From Gracilimonas sp. (GTDB taxonomy: Bacteria; Bacteroidota; Rhodothermia; Balneolales; Balneolaceae): a stretch of DNA of 64,000 bases. A model generated the notes under the pieces. The model was not told the DNA's origin. It saw only the letters and a program-made list of their open reading frames with translations, and made no database searches. A program made the translations under genes and the position numbers. Positions 35,706 through 45,949 of this stretch are shown one piece after another (position 1 is the stretch's first letter; each line of letters starts with the position of its first letter). The DNA lies in the NCBI RefSeq assembly GCF_031581265.1, contig NZ_JAVLBQ010000007.1:11259-75258 (forward strand), given 5' to 3'.

Positions 35706-36611
35706 TTAAAGAACCGGTAATTCAACAAAAGTTTTTACTGTATCAGTTGCTAACGAACCAAAGATACCTATTCCGCCATTCATACGATAAATAACATTTT
35801 GTATTTGTCCTGGAGAAAAGGTGCTTCCACCTAACTGAGTTTCTTGAGAACGTATAAAATCATAAATATTGTCATCGATGGTATTAGCTACTATAAAATT
35901 CTCTTGATAGAAAGCAATTCCAATCCACGGAAAGTCGAATGTAAATGAACCATTAGGATTAAGCTCAAAATTTCCCTCGTTGATAATTCCGGAGCTATTG
36001 TTGGAAAAGCTTTCCAACTCTTGTTCAGGTGTTTCACTTTCATCATACACTTCTTTGTAAAACGGAGTCAGGTTTTGTGGTATAATATTTTGAGCCAGAG
36101 CGTTAAATACGTAAATATTCTGCCGTCCCGGGTAACTGCTTTGTGTTAAAGTGAGTTCCAATTGTTCGGGTGATTGATATTCAACCGTATCTTGTACTTC
36201 TCCAACAACTCTAAATGTATCAGGCACTACAGTGTATGCAGTTACAATATCATCGGAATACGGAAATGTAATTTTAAGTTGATACGTGCGGGTGGGAAGT
36301 ACTTTATGGTTAGGGTTAGGAATATAGATACCGGGCAATTGATTTTGATAAGTAAATATTTGCTCGGGAGCACTATTAGGTCCTGATTCAAGCAGTTGAA
36401 CTTCAATACTGGCATTGTTGATGGATTGTTCTTCAAAATCATATAAAACATCAGCACGAACAGTTTTAGAGAGCAAAATTGACGGTAATTGACGGTTAGC
36501 TACCAAATAAGCTTCAACCACATATTGCTCCTGATATTCATCCTGAGGATAAGTTTCGCATGAAGCAACTATACCGGTAAGAAATAAAACAATTAAAAGT
36601 TGTTTATGCAT
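35706..36611 (-). CDS. DUF4249-family lipoprotein (partner of the TonB-dependent receptor)
   Basis: 301-aa ORF with a lipobox (VASC). Its position immediately downstream of a CarboxypepD_reg TonB receptor is typical of the family. Confidence 0.65.
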   Translation of the reverse strand: MHKQLLIVLFLTGIVASCETYPQDEYQEQYVVEAYLVANRQLPSILLSKTVRADVLYDFEEQSINNASIEVQLLESGPNSAPEQIFTYQNQLPGIYIPNPNHKVLPTRTYQLKITFPYSDDIVTAYTVVPDTFRVVGEVQDTVEYQSPEQLELTLTQSSYPGRQNIYVFNALAQNIIPQNLTPFYKEVYDESETPEQELESFSNNSSGIINEGNFELNPNGSFTFDFPWIGIAFYQENFIVANTIDDNIYDFIRSQETQLGGSTFSPGQIQNVIYRMNGGIGIFGSLATDTVKTFVELPVL

Positions 36612-36615
36612 AGGA

Positions 36616-38883
36616 CTAAAAATTTACGGTATATGAAATTGAAGGTAATATGGGTAACAAATTTGCTTCTGTTCGTAGCACAGGGTTTTCACTAAAATCA
36701 AAATTGTAGAACCATACGTTTCGACGTGAGTATACATTTATAACTTGAAGCTGAAGAATAGATTCTGCAATTCCGAAAAAGGATCCGGTCCTGGAAAGAG
36801 AAAGGTCCAATCGGTGATAGTTAGGTAAGCGGGATGCATTTACTTTACCTACTGTGAATACATTTCGGTTATCATTGGTCCATGGTAACTCAAATTGAGC
36901 ATAGCGACCAAGTACTTTGGTGTAAGACTGACCGGTCGCAAAATTGAACGATGATGTTAGCTTCCACCGATCTGTAATTTGATAGTTGGCAACAATATTA
37001 ATGTCATGTCGGCGATCATACTTTGGAGGATAAAATCGGGCATTTTCAGAATCGGCACCAATGGGGGAATTGAACCCGGGAAATTTACGCCAGGTGTATC
37101 CCAGGGTATATCCGATAAAGCCAGAGAAATCACCTTGTCGTTTTTCAAAAAAAACCTCCATTCCGTACGCATATCCTTCTCCAAAGCGGAATACATCTTG
37201 ATAAGGCAAGCCGGCTACATCAGGTAAGAAAGGATCTAGTTCAAAGAGATCAATCATATTTCGGTAGTAGAGTTCCACATCGAATCCATAGCCTTCAAAT
37301 GGGATCGTTTTGGCTCCAATAATGTATTGATCTCCATAAGCCGGAGAGACACCTTCTGCTGAAGTAAGCCACACATCAAAACCAGAAAATGCTTCGTTCG
37401 AAATCAGGGTTAAAAACTGATTATAGCGACCATAGGCTGCTTGGAGACGTACTTTACTGTTTGGCTGATGCTCTACAGACAGGCGGGGAGCCAGGCGCAG
37501 GTAATCGCCATCGGAAAAGTAATTTAGACGAAGTCCCGGAGTGATAATCCATCTTTCAGCCGGCCTCCATTCATCTTGAACATACAGTGATGCATATTGA
37601 TTTTGAATACGGTTGGTAAAATTGTTGGAGTCATCAAACCTATCCCGAAGTTTGAAAGTAAAGTTACCGGCCCAAAAACCGGTTTTAACCAAATTTTTTT
37701 GATTTGGGATGTACTCTAAATCAGATTTAAGAGAAAAATCATAGAGGATGTTATTGCGCTGAAAATTAGTGCCGGCTATTTCAAATTCGGGATAGTTGAA
37801 GTATCTGGAACCGGTGAGTACAAAATTTGAAAAAAGTTTTTCAGAAAATATATGGGTCCAATTTCCACTGATGGTTTGATTTCCATAATCAAGTTCAAAT
37901 TCTGCATCTTCACTAAAAGGAAAGGTTACCCGGTCTTGTCCTGCGTAGATAGCGAGTGAAAATTTATCGGAATCTGATGCGTCAAAATTAATTTTACTGT
38001 TTATATCATAAAAGTAAAATTTACTTGGTACGTTTTCTTCCGATTGCCGAATGGCAGCAAGCAGCGGCTCAATGGTAGAACGTCGTGCAGCAATCATCCA
38101 GGAACCTTTGCTATAAGGACCTTCAATGGAGGCACGGGAAGCAAGTAAACTGGCCGTGACTGTACCTTCCATTTCGTTTCTATTTCCGTCTTTGTTATAG
38201 ATAGTGAGAACCGAGCCTAAGCGTCCCCCATACTCTGAGGGATATCCCCCTTTGTAAAGCCGGACATCCTTTATGGCATCCGGATTAAAGGTAGAAAAGA
38301 AACCAAAAAAGTGGCTGGGATTATATACAGTGGTTCGGTCAAGGAGGATTAAGGTTTGGTCAGGGCTCCCGCCTCGAATATATAAGCCACTTGAGAAATC
38401 AGAAGCGGCTTTTACGCCTGGAAGCAATTGAATTGAACGAAATACATCGGCCTCAAAAACAGCAGGAAGTTCTTTGATAAGCTCTGTCTCCACCTGACTT
38501 ATACTAATATTTTTAAGCTCTTGTTCTTCCCGGAAAGAACGCACTTCAATTTCTCCTAACTGAACACTCTGTGGATCAAGCTCAATATCAAGCCTGATAT
38601 TTTGTCCTTCTTCCAGCGTAATTTGTTGTCTAAATGTTTCATATCCAACGTAAGTACCCACTATGGTGTAGGTGCCGGGTTTAATATTTGTAATTGTGTA
38701 GTATCCCAGGGAGTTGGTGGCTGCTCCACGGTTCAATTCAAGAAAGCCTACACTGGCACTGATTAAGGTTTCACCAGATTCACTATCGGTTACATAACCA
38801 CTTATTGATGCAGCCTCTTGCGCAGATGCATTTTTTGCCCCCATAAAAGTAAGTAATAAAATAAATCTCAAAATATACTTCAT
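36616..38883 (-). CDS. TonB-dependent receptor with an N-terminal carboxypeptidase-regulatory-like domain
   Basis: 755-aa ORF with a signal peptide, SGYVTDSESGETLISASV (CarboxypepD_reg), a plug region and a C-terminal aromatic residue. Confidence 0.85.
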   Translation of the reverse strand: MKYILRFILLLTFMGAKNASAQEAASISGYVTDSESGETLISASVGFLELNRGAATNSLGYYTITNIKPGTYTIVGTYVGYETFRQQITLEEGQNIRLDIELDPQSVQLGEIEVRSFREEQELKNISISQVETELIKELPAVFEADVFRSIQLLPGVKAASDFSSGLYIRGGSPDQTLILLDRTTVYNPSHFFGFFSTFNPDAIKDVRLYKGGYPSEYGGRLGSVLTIYNKDGNRNEMEGTVTASLLASRASIEGPYSKGSWMIAARRSTIEPLLAAIRQSEENVPSKFYFYDINSKINFDASDSDKFSLAIYAGQDRVTFPFSEDAEFELDYGNQTISGNWTHIFSEKLFSNFVLTGSRYFNYPEFEIAGTNFQRNNILYDFSLKSDLEYIPNQKNLVKTGFWAGNFTFKLRDRFDDSNNFTNRIQNQYASLYVQDEWRPAERWIITPGLRLNYFSDGDYLRLAPRLSVEHQPNSKVRLQAAYGRYNQFLTLISNEAFSGFDVWLTSAEGVSPAYGDQYIIGAKTIPFEGYGFDVELYYRNMIDLFELDPFLPDVAGLPYQDVFRFGEGYAYGMEVFFEKRQGDFSGFIGYTLGYTWRKFPGFNSPIGADSENARFYPPKYDRRHDINIVANYQITDRWKLTSSFNFATGQSYTKVLGRYAQFELPWTNDNRNVFTVGKVNASRLPNYHRLDLSLSRTGSFFGIAESILQLQVINVYSRRNVWFYNFDFSENPVLRTEANLLPILPSISYTVNF

Positions 38884-38952
38884 CGAAGGAATGATTTAAA
38901 TGCAGGCACTTTCACGAATGAAATGGTAAAAAGGTTCGATATAAAGTACATA

Positions 38953-39840
38953 TTACAACTCAAGACTTCCTTGCATATCATCATTGGGAATTTTCAAATT
39001 AGTTCCAAGTTTCTTGTTGATTCCTTTTATAAAGTGAGCAGAAAGTAACGGTGATTCTTTTTCTACATTTTGATGAACAAAGAAATAAATTTTTTCTAAT
39101 CCGCTATCATTCCAAAAATGAAGTCTTTCAATCCAGTCATCGAGCCTGGAATAGTCGCTTGGGTGATTTGCTCCCACATATCTGACGAATGCCACTGGGG
39201 TGGTAAGTCGCATATGTAATAAATCTCTTCGGCCGGCTGTATCTGTAATTATGTTTGTAACCTTATTCTCTTCAAATAGCTTATATAATTGATTGGATAC
39301 CACGTCATCATTATACCAATCACTATGCCTTAATTCGACGGCAAGGGGGATATCATCCGGCCAAATTTCTACCAAACGCTGAATACGATCAAAATTTTTG
39401 GGTTTAAAATCATCGCGAAGCTGTAAGAAAACCATTTCCAGTTGATCTTCAAAGCCACGCATGCCATGCAGGTATTCTTCAAGAGAAGCTTCAATGTTTT
39501 TTAATCGCTTAAAATGACTAATGGAATTTACCACCTTGGGAAAGAACTTGAAGTCATCGGGTGTTTTTTCTGCCCATGCTTTTGTCTGTTCCGGACTTTT
39601 TCTACCATAAAATGTGGCATTCAGCTCAATAGAATTAAACTGACGGGAATAGTACTCCAATTCATCTTTAGTCCCTCGCGGATAAAACCCCTTCAGGTCT
39701 TTTTTGTTCCATTTGGCACAGCCAACATAGGTATCCAAATTTTCTCCGCCTTTTTGATGCAGAATTTTAAGTGTATCGGGATGATCAGGAGGGAGGGTGA
39801 AATCAATATTTTCGGGATTATCTACCTTACCGAATTTCAT
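38953..39840 (-). CDS. DUF72-family protein
   Basis: 295-aa ORF with YVGCAKW....G.FYP and NSIELNATFY motifs typical of DUF72. Confidence 0.75.
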   Translation of the reverse strand: MKFGKVDNPENIDFTLPPDHPDTLKILHQKGGENLDTYVGCAKWNKKDLKGFYPRGTKDELEYYSRQFNSIELNATFYGRKSPEQTKAWAEKTPDDFKFFPKVVNSISHFKRLKNIEASLEEYLHGMRGFEDQLEMVFLQLRDDFKPKNFDRIQRLVEIWPDDIPLAVELRHSDWYNDDVVSNQLYKLFEENKVTNIITDTAGRRDLLHMRLTTPVAFVRYVGANHPSDYSRLDDWIERLHFWNDSGLEKIYFFVHQNVEKESPLLSAHFIKGINKKLGTNLKIPNDDMQGSLEL

Positions 39841-39845
39841 AACTG

Positions 39846-39914
39846 GAATGTTAAATGTTGAATTTTAAATGTTAAATAGCGGATGCAATTTAACATTTAA
39901 CACTTAACATTTAG
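39846..39914. repeat. TAAATGTTAAAT palindromic repeat, copy 2
   Basis: gaatgttaaatgttgaattttaaatgttaaatagcggatgcaatttaacatttaacacttaacatttag. Confidence 0.75.
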
Positions 39915-40010
39915 AATCTAAATTAGTGAAAGACAGAAAATTATTACGCAGTATTACAGTCAAATAAAAAGCTTAGTTTTTCGTATATTAAATCAGTTCA
40001 TTGACGTATT

Positions 40011-40374
40011 GGGGGTGTTCTGGATTCGACGGGTTGAGTATCACCGTTGGTTGCATGTCGAGATTGTCCAATGATTCTCGTAATAACAATCATTATGGTT
40101 CAAAAGTAATTGACAATAATTACTCATACCGCTTAGCAGCTTAAACTGTTGAGCCGTCCCGCTGGTTAAGTGCCTATCATTGCCAGCCCGGACGTCATAC
40201 AAGATAGGATAGCGTTAAAGTGCTTTCTGTCGCTTTAGCGTAAAACTAAAACAGAATAGTTTGAAGTCGCTTAGGTACTGGGCTCGGCTTCAGGCGAATG
40301 TCAATCAGTACCTACACATGTAGATGCTAACAGGTCTACCTTCCCGGACCGGGGTTCGACTCCCCGCACCTCCA
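40011..40374 (+). ncRNA. ssrA: tmRNA (SsrA)
   Basis: The 5-prime gggggtgttctggattcgacggg pairs with the 3-prime ggttcgactccccgcacctcca, including a G3:U acceptor pair. An internal reading frame ends ...NNYSYRLAA then TAA (40142-40144). Confidence 0.92.
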
Positions 40375-40384
40375 CTATAATTTA

Positions 40385-40418
40385 AGCCAACTCAGAATTC
40401 TGAGTTGGCTTTTTTTTT
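40385..40418 (+). terminator. Rho-independent terminator of ssrA
   Basis: agccaactcagaattctgagttggct hairpin followed by tttttttt. Confidence 0.9.
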
Positions 40419-40557
40419 AAAAAATTTGGCTTGTTCAGGTACTTATATGGGGGAGGCTAAATTTTACATAGTCATCAAGTGTAAAAAAGATTACATTTCT
40501 TTGAATTTGTTAAATAACTCACATTTTATAATTCGATCACAATAACTTTGCAAGCAC

Positions 40558-41472
40558 ATGAAAATTAAAAAAGAGATAAAAGCCACTGAAGAAGATATCG
40601 AAAGTCTTGAAATGCATTCGGTTATAAATATTATATCCGTCATTAGTAGTCAGTTACAATTGATGCAGATGGATAGTGATCATCCGGAATTACTTGATCC
40701 TGCTATAAAGAAAGCTTCAGAATTTGGTGATGCCGCACACTCAAAGAATAAATCATTTTTTAACGAAGAATCGCTTCAGGAATTTGAAGAATTAATTAAA
40801 GAATCCGTAAATAATCTGAGGAAAGATCAGCCGGTTTTGAATGACGGGACGGCGGTTGATGAGTATCTGAAAATCTTTGGTAATGTTTTTGATGTGTTTG
40901 AAGTACGACTCAAAGAGATTATTAATCGATGGGAGGCCCCTAATAAATGGGTTCCTTTTAAGGTGGAAAACTTTGTTAATGATTTTAAGGAGTTCTTTTA
41001 TGCTATGGAAAAGAACAGCAAAGGCAGGTACCATATTATATACAATATTGCAGAGCAGGAAGACAAAGATTATCTGGTTAATTTTGCCATCAATAGCGAA
41101 GGCAACGACATTATTTACATGCCCCTGATCTTGAAGGATGTCATAAGAGATCTGATTGCAAATGCCCGTAAGTATACTCCTCCGGGAGGTGAAATCACCA
41201 TAGGAATCTCACAAAAAGAGAAGGTATTTAAGTTTGTTGTTGAAGACACAGGGCTTGGTATTCCTAAAAATGAAATTGAGCAAGTAGTTGAATACGGATA
41301 TCGTGGAAGCAATGTTAAAGATGTTGTACGTACTATGGGTGGGGGATTTGGATTGACCAAAGCATATCATGTGATTAGGGAACTGAATGGGGAGTTATGG
41401 ATTGAATCAGAAAAAGGGGAGGGCACTAAAATAACTGTAGAAATACCCATTCCTGATAGAGTTAAAATCTAA
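40558..41472 (+). CDS. Cytoplasmic sensor histidine kinase (HATPase_c domain)
   Basis: 304-aa ORF with no TM segment. It has the N box (DLIANARKYT), G1 (VEDTGLGIP) and G2 (GGGFGLT), plus a candidate phospho-His in HSVINIISVI. Confidence 0.75.
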   Translation: MKIKKEIKATEEDIESLEMHSVINIISVISSQLQLMQMDSDHPELLDPAIKKASEFGDAAHSKNKSFFNEESLQEFEELIKESVNNLRKDQPVLNDGTAVDEYLKIFGNVFDVFEVRLKEIINRWEAPNKWVPFKVENFVNDFKEFFYAMEKNSKGRYHIIYNIAEQEDKDYLVNFAINSEGNDIIYMPLILKDVIRDLIANARKYTPPGGEITIGISQKEKVFKFVVEDTGLGIPKNEIEQVVEYGYRGSNVKDVVRTMGGGFGLTKAYHVIRELNGELWIESEKGEGTKITVEIPIPDRVKI

Positions 41473-41649
41473 TAACACTCCAAACTACTTATTTGCTTTT
41501 CACTAAAAATAAACCTCGACAAGTATTTCATGATAGGCAAGGAAGAGTCCCAATCTTGGAAGGTGTTGTTAGCTTAGTCTGCACAGAATTACTAATAAAT
41601 TTTTTAATACTTCTCTGTCTATGGAATCACAACCCAAAAAAGACAGCCT

Positions 41650-42705
41650 ATGAAAGCAATTACATTTGAAGGAATAAGGAAGATTAAGATTGCTGAAGTA
41701 CCGGAACCTCGGATTCAGGATTCAAGGGATGTAATTATAAGGGTGGAACGAGGTGCCCTTTGTGGTTCGGATATGCACGTGTATAACGGGAGGGAAACGG
41801 GTATTGATGAGGGAACGGTGATGGGGCATGAATTCACCGGAACCGTTATGGAGACAGGAAAAGAAGTTTCAAATTTTAAGCAAGGGGACAGGGTTGCTTC
41901 ACCTTTTACTCTCAACTGTGGGGATTGTTTTTATTGTAAAAAAGGACTATCGGCCCGCTGCGAAAAGAGCCGGTTATTTGGCTGGGTTGAAAATGGGATT
42001 GGGTTGCAAGGTGTCCATACCAAATATGTAAGAGTTCCATTCGGAGACTCAACCTTGGTGAAACTTCCGGATGAAATCAGCTGGGAGACGGGCGTATTGA
42101 TGGGCGATAATTTTCCAACCGGATACTTTTGTGCTGAAATGGCTGAGATAAAACCGGATCAAACGTACATAGTAATTGGAGTAATTGGATGCGGTCCGAT
42201 TGGTTTGATGACTATTATCTCAACGTTTCTGCAGGGAGCTGAAAACGTGTTTGCTGTTGATTTGCTGCAAAACAGGCTGAAAAAAGCAAAGCAGCTGGGA
42301 GCGATACCCATCAACACAAATGACAAAAGCTGGAAGGAAGTTGTTAACGAGTACACCGAAGGTCGTGGGTTTGACGGGGTGATGGAAGCCGTGGGCAGTG
42401 CAGCAACGATGAAGCTTGCATTTGATATGGTACGGCCGGGAGGTATTCTTGCCTCGGTTGGAGTTCAGGCCTATGAGCAGCTTCCATTCAATCCTCCGGG
42501 ATTATATGACAAGAATATTACCATGAAATTCGGACGCTGCCCGGCGCGATCTTATATGGAAAAGCTTATTCCTCTTGTGCAAAAAGAACAATTGGATTTA
42601 ACAACCGTCATCACGCATACATTTTCCTTGGAGGAAGGGGTGGAGGCCTATCGGTTGTTTGATGAGCAAAAAGATGAATGCATTAAGGTCTTGTTAAAGC
42701 CATAG
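41650..42705 (+). CDS. Zinc-dependent alcohol/formaldehyde dehydrogenase family (MDR)
   Basis: 351-aa ORF with the catalytic zinc site (CGSDMH, GHEFTG), the structural zinc cluster (CGDCFYCKKGLSARC) and a Rossmann motif (GCGPIG). Confidence 0.85.
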   Translation: MKAITFEGIRKIKIAEVPEPRIQDSRDVIIRVERGALCGSDMHVYNGRETGIDEGTVMGHEFTGTVMETGKEVSNFKQGDRVASPFTLNCGDCFYCKKGLSARCEKSRLFGWVENGIGLQGVHTKYVRVPFGDSTLVKLPDEISWETGVLMGDNFPTGYFCAEMAEIKPDQTYIVIGVIGCGPIGLMTIISTFLQGAENVFAVDLLQNRLKKAKQLGAIPINTNDKSWKEVVNEYTEGRGFDGVMEAVGSAATMKLAFDMVRPGGILASVGVQAYEQLPFNPPGLYDKNITMKFGRCPARSYMEKLIPLVQKEQLDLTTVITHTFSLEEGVEAYRLFDEQKDECIKVLLKP

Positions 42706-42882
42706 CATTCGGGGTAAATCATTTCATTTAGAATTGCGATTAACCCATGGACGATAGATCAATTTTCCAATGAAGTTCCTCGCAAAGTCCAACCTTTGGT
42801 ATCCACCAAAACAAAAAAGCCCCACCATAATGATGAGGCTTAAAAGTATCAGAAAACTATTTCGATTTGTCGTTAAATAGGT

Positions 42883-43569
42883 TTAATCATCGTCATCATC
42901 TTCTTCTTCACCTTCGGCTTCAAAAGAATTTTCTATGTTTTGCTCAATTTGTTCCCGGTTAGATGACTCATTGGGATCAAGGGGATTGCCATTTTCATCA
43001 ACAAACCATCCGGAAGTATCAAGACTGACAGTAATTGCAGCAGAGGAGGTAGTTTCCGAAATTTCTAAAACAGGATTTAGATCCAGTTCAATCTCAAAAT
43101 CTTCCGCAGATCGAAACATGAATTCTTCACCGTTGTAAACTCCTTTAACCACAAAAGAATAGTTAGTATCTCCATCAGTAAAATCAGGGTTTGATATGGA
43201 ATTGTTGTCGTCGTCATATTCAATTTCTATACTGAATTCATCATATATTCCGACAGGAATTTCACTTGTAGTTAGCTGAACGGAATCACCTGTGACCGGA
43301 ATGTTGATGATGAAATTTTCAACTTCGAAATCTGAAGAATCATCATTTACACTTTCCAGTTCCAATTCCTCAACAAGCAGTTTGATTTCCGTGAGGGAAT
43401 CAAGACTAACAGCTTTAGATTTAGCAGCGGTGTTAGTTTTAACCTGCATATTCACTGCCACTGATTTCGACTTGTCACCATCGTTGTTTGAAGTGGTAAT
43501 ATCACATCCGGTTAAAAAGGCAAAGGAAGTAATTAGTATCGTAGTAACAAATAGTTTTAATAGTTTCAT
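42883..43569 (-). CDS. Hypothetical lipoprotein with an acidic C-terminal tail
   Basis: 228-aa ORF with a lipobox (LTGC) that ends EGEEEDDDDD. Confidence 0.5.
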   Translation of the reverse strand: MKLLKLFVTTILITSFAFLTGCDITTSNNDGDKSKSVAVNMQVKTNTAAKSKAVSLDSLTEIKLLVEELELESVNDDSSDFEVENFIINIPVTGDSVQLTTSEIPVGIYDEFSIEIEYDDDNNSISNPDFTDGDTNYSFVVKGVYNGEEFMFRSAEDFEIELDLNPVLEISETTSSAAITVSLDTSGWFVDENGNPLDPNESSNREQIEQNIENSFEAEGEEEDDDDD

Positions 43570-43730
43570 TTTGGTTTTTTTATTTAATGGTTCTATCCCT
43601 TAAACACGCAAAGATCAGATATGTTCCCGGGAAAAGTTTTGTGTTTAAGACATAAATGGAAGTATCGAATATCCAATAACGAATAGCCAACTCACAATAT
43701 CCAAGTACAATGAATTACTTTATCTATAAA

Positions 43731-45401
43731 TCACTCCAAAAATAAAGAAGGATGTTTATCGTGATGGTCTGTTGCCTCCTGATAGGCCTTAGCTACAGCA
43801 AGCAATGTAGCCTCATCAAATAAATCTCCGGTAAAAGTGATGCTGGTAGGCTGACTATTATCTGTAAAACCATTTGGTAAAACCACACTCGGATGGCCGG
43901 TCAAATTCGTTACCAATAAGTTTCCTCCACCAAAAGCAGGGGAGATATACACATCCACTTCCTGGAAAACAGAATCCATACGTTGAATAAGTTCATAGCG
44001 AGCCCGGTTGGCGTTGATGTATTCAGTGGCGGGTATGAAATGTGCTGCCCTAAATGTATTTGGCCAGGCATTCGGCTCTTGCCAGTGCATAAGGTCATCC
44101 TGATTCGATAGAGTTAGCTGATCAAAGGCAGCGGCGGCTTCTGCATTTAAAATAAGACGGAGAGGAGATACATCGTAATCAGGTAATTCTATAGGAATAA
44201 GTTCAACCCCTAAATCTCGGTATGTTTCCAATACCAGGCTGTCTCGCTTTTTATTCCAGTAGTTTTGTTCAAAAGCTGATTTTAGGTATCCAATTTTTAC
44301 TGTAGACAGATCCAGTTCTGCATTATAATTAAAGGGTAAATCGATGATGGTTTGGTCTACACCGTCCGGGCCGTACATTGCATTGAAAACCAAGGCTGCA
44401 TCTTCAATACTTCGGGTAATGGGGCCAATTTTATCCATGCTCCAGCTCAAAGCCATGGCTCCCGTTCTTGATACCCGACCATACGTAGGTCGTAATCCGG
44501 TGGTGCCGTTGCGGGTAGAAGGAGATACAATGGAACCTAATGTCTCCGTGCCAATGGCAAAAGGGAATAGACCTGCCGAAGTGCCTGCCGCTGATCCTGC
44601 TGAAGAACCGCTTGATCCTTGTTCCAAATTCCAGGGATTGTTGGTGCGTCCACCAAACCAAATGTCGCCATAAGCCAATGCTCCCAAAGTAGTTTTTGCA
44701 ATGAGTACGGCTCCGGCTTCATCCAATTTTTGAACCACACTGGCCGTTTGGTCAATAGTTTGATTCTTATAAGGTTCTGCTCCCCATGTCGTTTTGTATC
44801 CTTCCACAGCCAACAGATCTTTGGCACCATAGGGTATTCCGTGCAAGGGACCTCTATAAATACCATTTTCCAGTTCAGCATCCATTTGTTGGGCTTTTTC
44901 TAAGGCACGTTCGCGGGTTATCGTTATAATAGCTTCCAGTTTTTCATCATACTTCTCAATACGATCAAGGAAAAACTCAGTAAGCTCAAGGGAGGTAATT
45001 TTCCGGTCTTTGATGAGGGAGGCTAATTCGCCAATGGTATAGAAGGCCAGGTCAGCTCTGTTTTCAGGTAACTCTATATTTTCCGGTAAATCCCAGGTTT
45101 GAGATCTTTGTTGAAAATCAAATCTTTTACCCACCGGTATGGGGTTAAAGTTGATAGCAGGAGGTATCGAGTTATCAAGTTTGAGATCTCTGATACTTTG
45201 CAGATCCTCTCGGGTATTTTCAAGAGCTTGTATCATGGTATCACGCTCTGTTTCTGTAAACTCCAGTCCGATCACCGTAGCAGCATCTGCGATCATTTCT
45301 GAAGTAATGGGAGCATCTTTATCTTTAATGATTGTAAATGCCAGTAGGAACCCAAGTGTTATTCCTCCAGCGAAAAGCATGATTTTATTAAACTTTTTCA
45401 T
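43731..45401 (-). CDS. Amidase-signature family amidase
   Basis: 556-aa ORF with a GSSGGS-like signature (GSSGSSAGSAAG), the GTETLGSIV.P motif and a secretion signal or TM segment at the N-terminus. Confidence 0.85.
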   Translation of the reverse strand: MKKFNKIMLFAGGITLGFLLAFTIIKDKDAPITSEMIADAATVIGLEFTETERDTMIQALENTREDLQSIRDLKLDNSIPPAINFNPIPVGKRFDFQQRSQTWDLPENIELPENRADLAFYTIGELASLIKDRKITSLELTEFFLDRIEKYDEKLEAIITITRERALEKAQQMDAELENGIYRGPLHGIPYGAKDLLAVEGYKTTWGAEPYKNQTIDQTASVVQKLDEAGAVLIAKTTLGALAYGDIWFGGRTNNPWNLEQGSSGSSAGSAAGTSAGLFPFAIGTETLGSIVSPSTRNGTTGLRPTYGRVSRTGAMALSWSMDKIGPITRSIEDAALVFNAMYGPDGVDQTIIDLPFNYNAELDLSTVKIGYLKSAFEQNYWNKKRDSLVLETYRDLGVELIPIELPDYDVSPLRLILNAEAAAAFDQLTLSNQDDLMHWQEPNAWPNTFRAAHFIPATEYINANRARYELIQRMDSVFQEVDVYISPAFGGGNLLVTNLTGHPSVVLPNGFTDNSQPTSITFTGDLFDEATLLAVAKAYQEATDHHDKHPSLFLE

Positions 45402-45574
45402 GGTAGATTGGAAGGTTTATTAATTTATTACGTAACAATTAAAAGGGGCTCAATTATTGGTAGAATCGAGGACTAAGTCAATGCCATTAACAAGAATTTG
45501 AGGTGTACTATAATTCTTTTGATAACTGTAGAAAAGAAATATTTGAATTAATTGAGATACTGTTTAGTTTCTTA

Positions 45575-45790
45575 GCCGATTAATGATGGTCTTTGGATAT
45601 TTTTTGATCCGAAGTTAAAAGGGAATCTCGTGAAAACCGAGAACTGTTCCCGCAACTGTAATCCGAATCCGCCGTTTGGTGGATCACTTGCAGCCTTACC
45701 TTTGCCACTGTTCCGGAAGGGACGGGAAGGCGCTGCCAACGGAAAGTCAGGAGACCTGCCATCATCGAACCGTAGCACCTCTTTCGGGTA
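45575..45790 (+). promoter_or_regulatory. Cobalamin (B12) riboswitch
   Basis: aaaagggaatctcgtgaaaaccgagaactgttcccgcaactgtaa...gccactg...gggaaggc...agtcaggagacctgcc (B12 box). P1 pairs atgatgg (45583-45589) with ccatcat (45759-45765). It lies upstream of a TonB-dependent receptor. Confidence 0.9.
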
Positions 45791-45949
45791 AAAAGACGTG
45801 CCGTAATTATTTTCATGTTCTACACACCATCAAAGAATAGCTATATCGTATCTGAACGTTCATAAGTTCTTGGAATAGCTATACCTGATTGTATTGTAGA
45901 TCTTCTTTTACCCGCCATAATCTAAATTCAAACTTAAAAAAACAGATAC

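Noticed and set aside
40375-45401. A genomic island integrated at the 3-prime end of ssrA
   Set aside because: I found no second copy of the tmRNA 3-prime end (ggttcgactccccgcacc) downstream, no integrase, and the downstream genes look like ordinary metabolic genes.
45572-45816. Two minus-strand ORFs (68 and 78 aa) upstream of btuB
   Set aside because: They lie antisense across the cobalamin riboswitch, whose conserved core explains the sequence.
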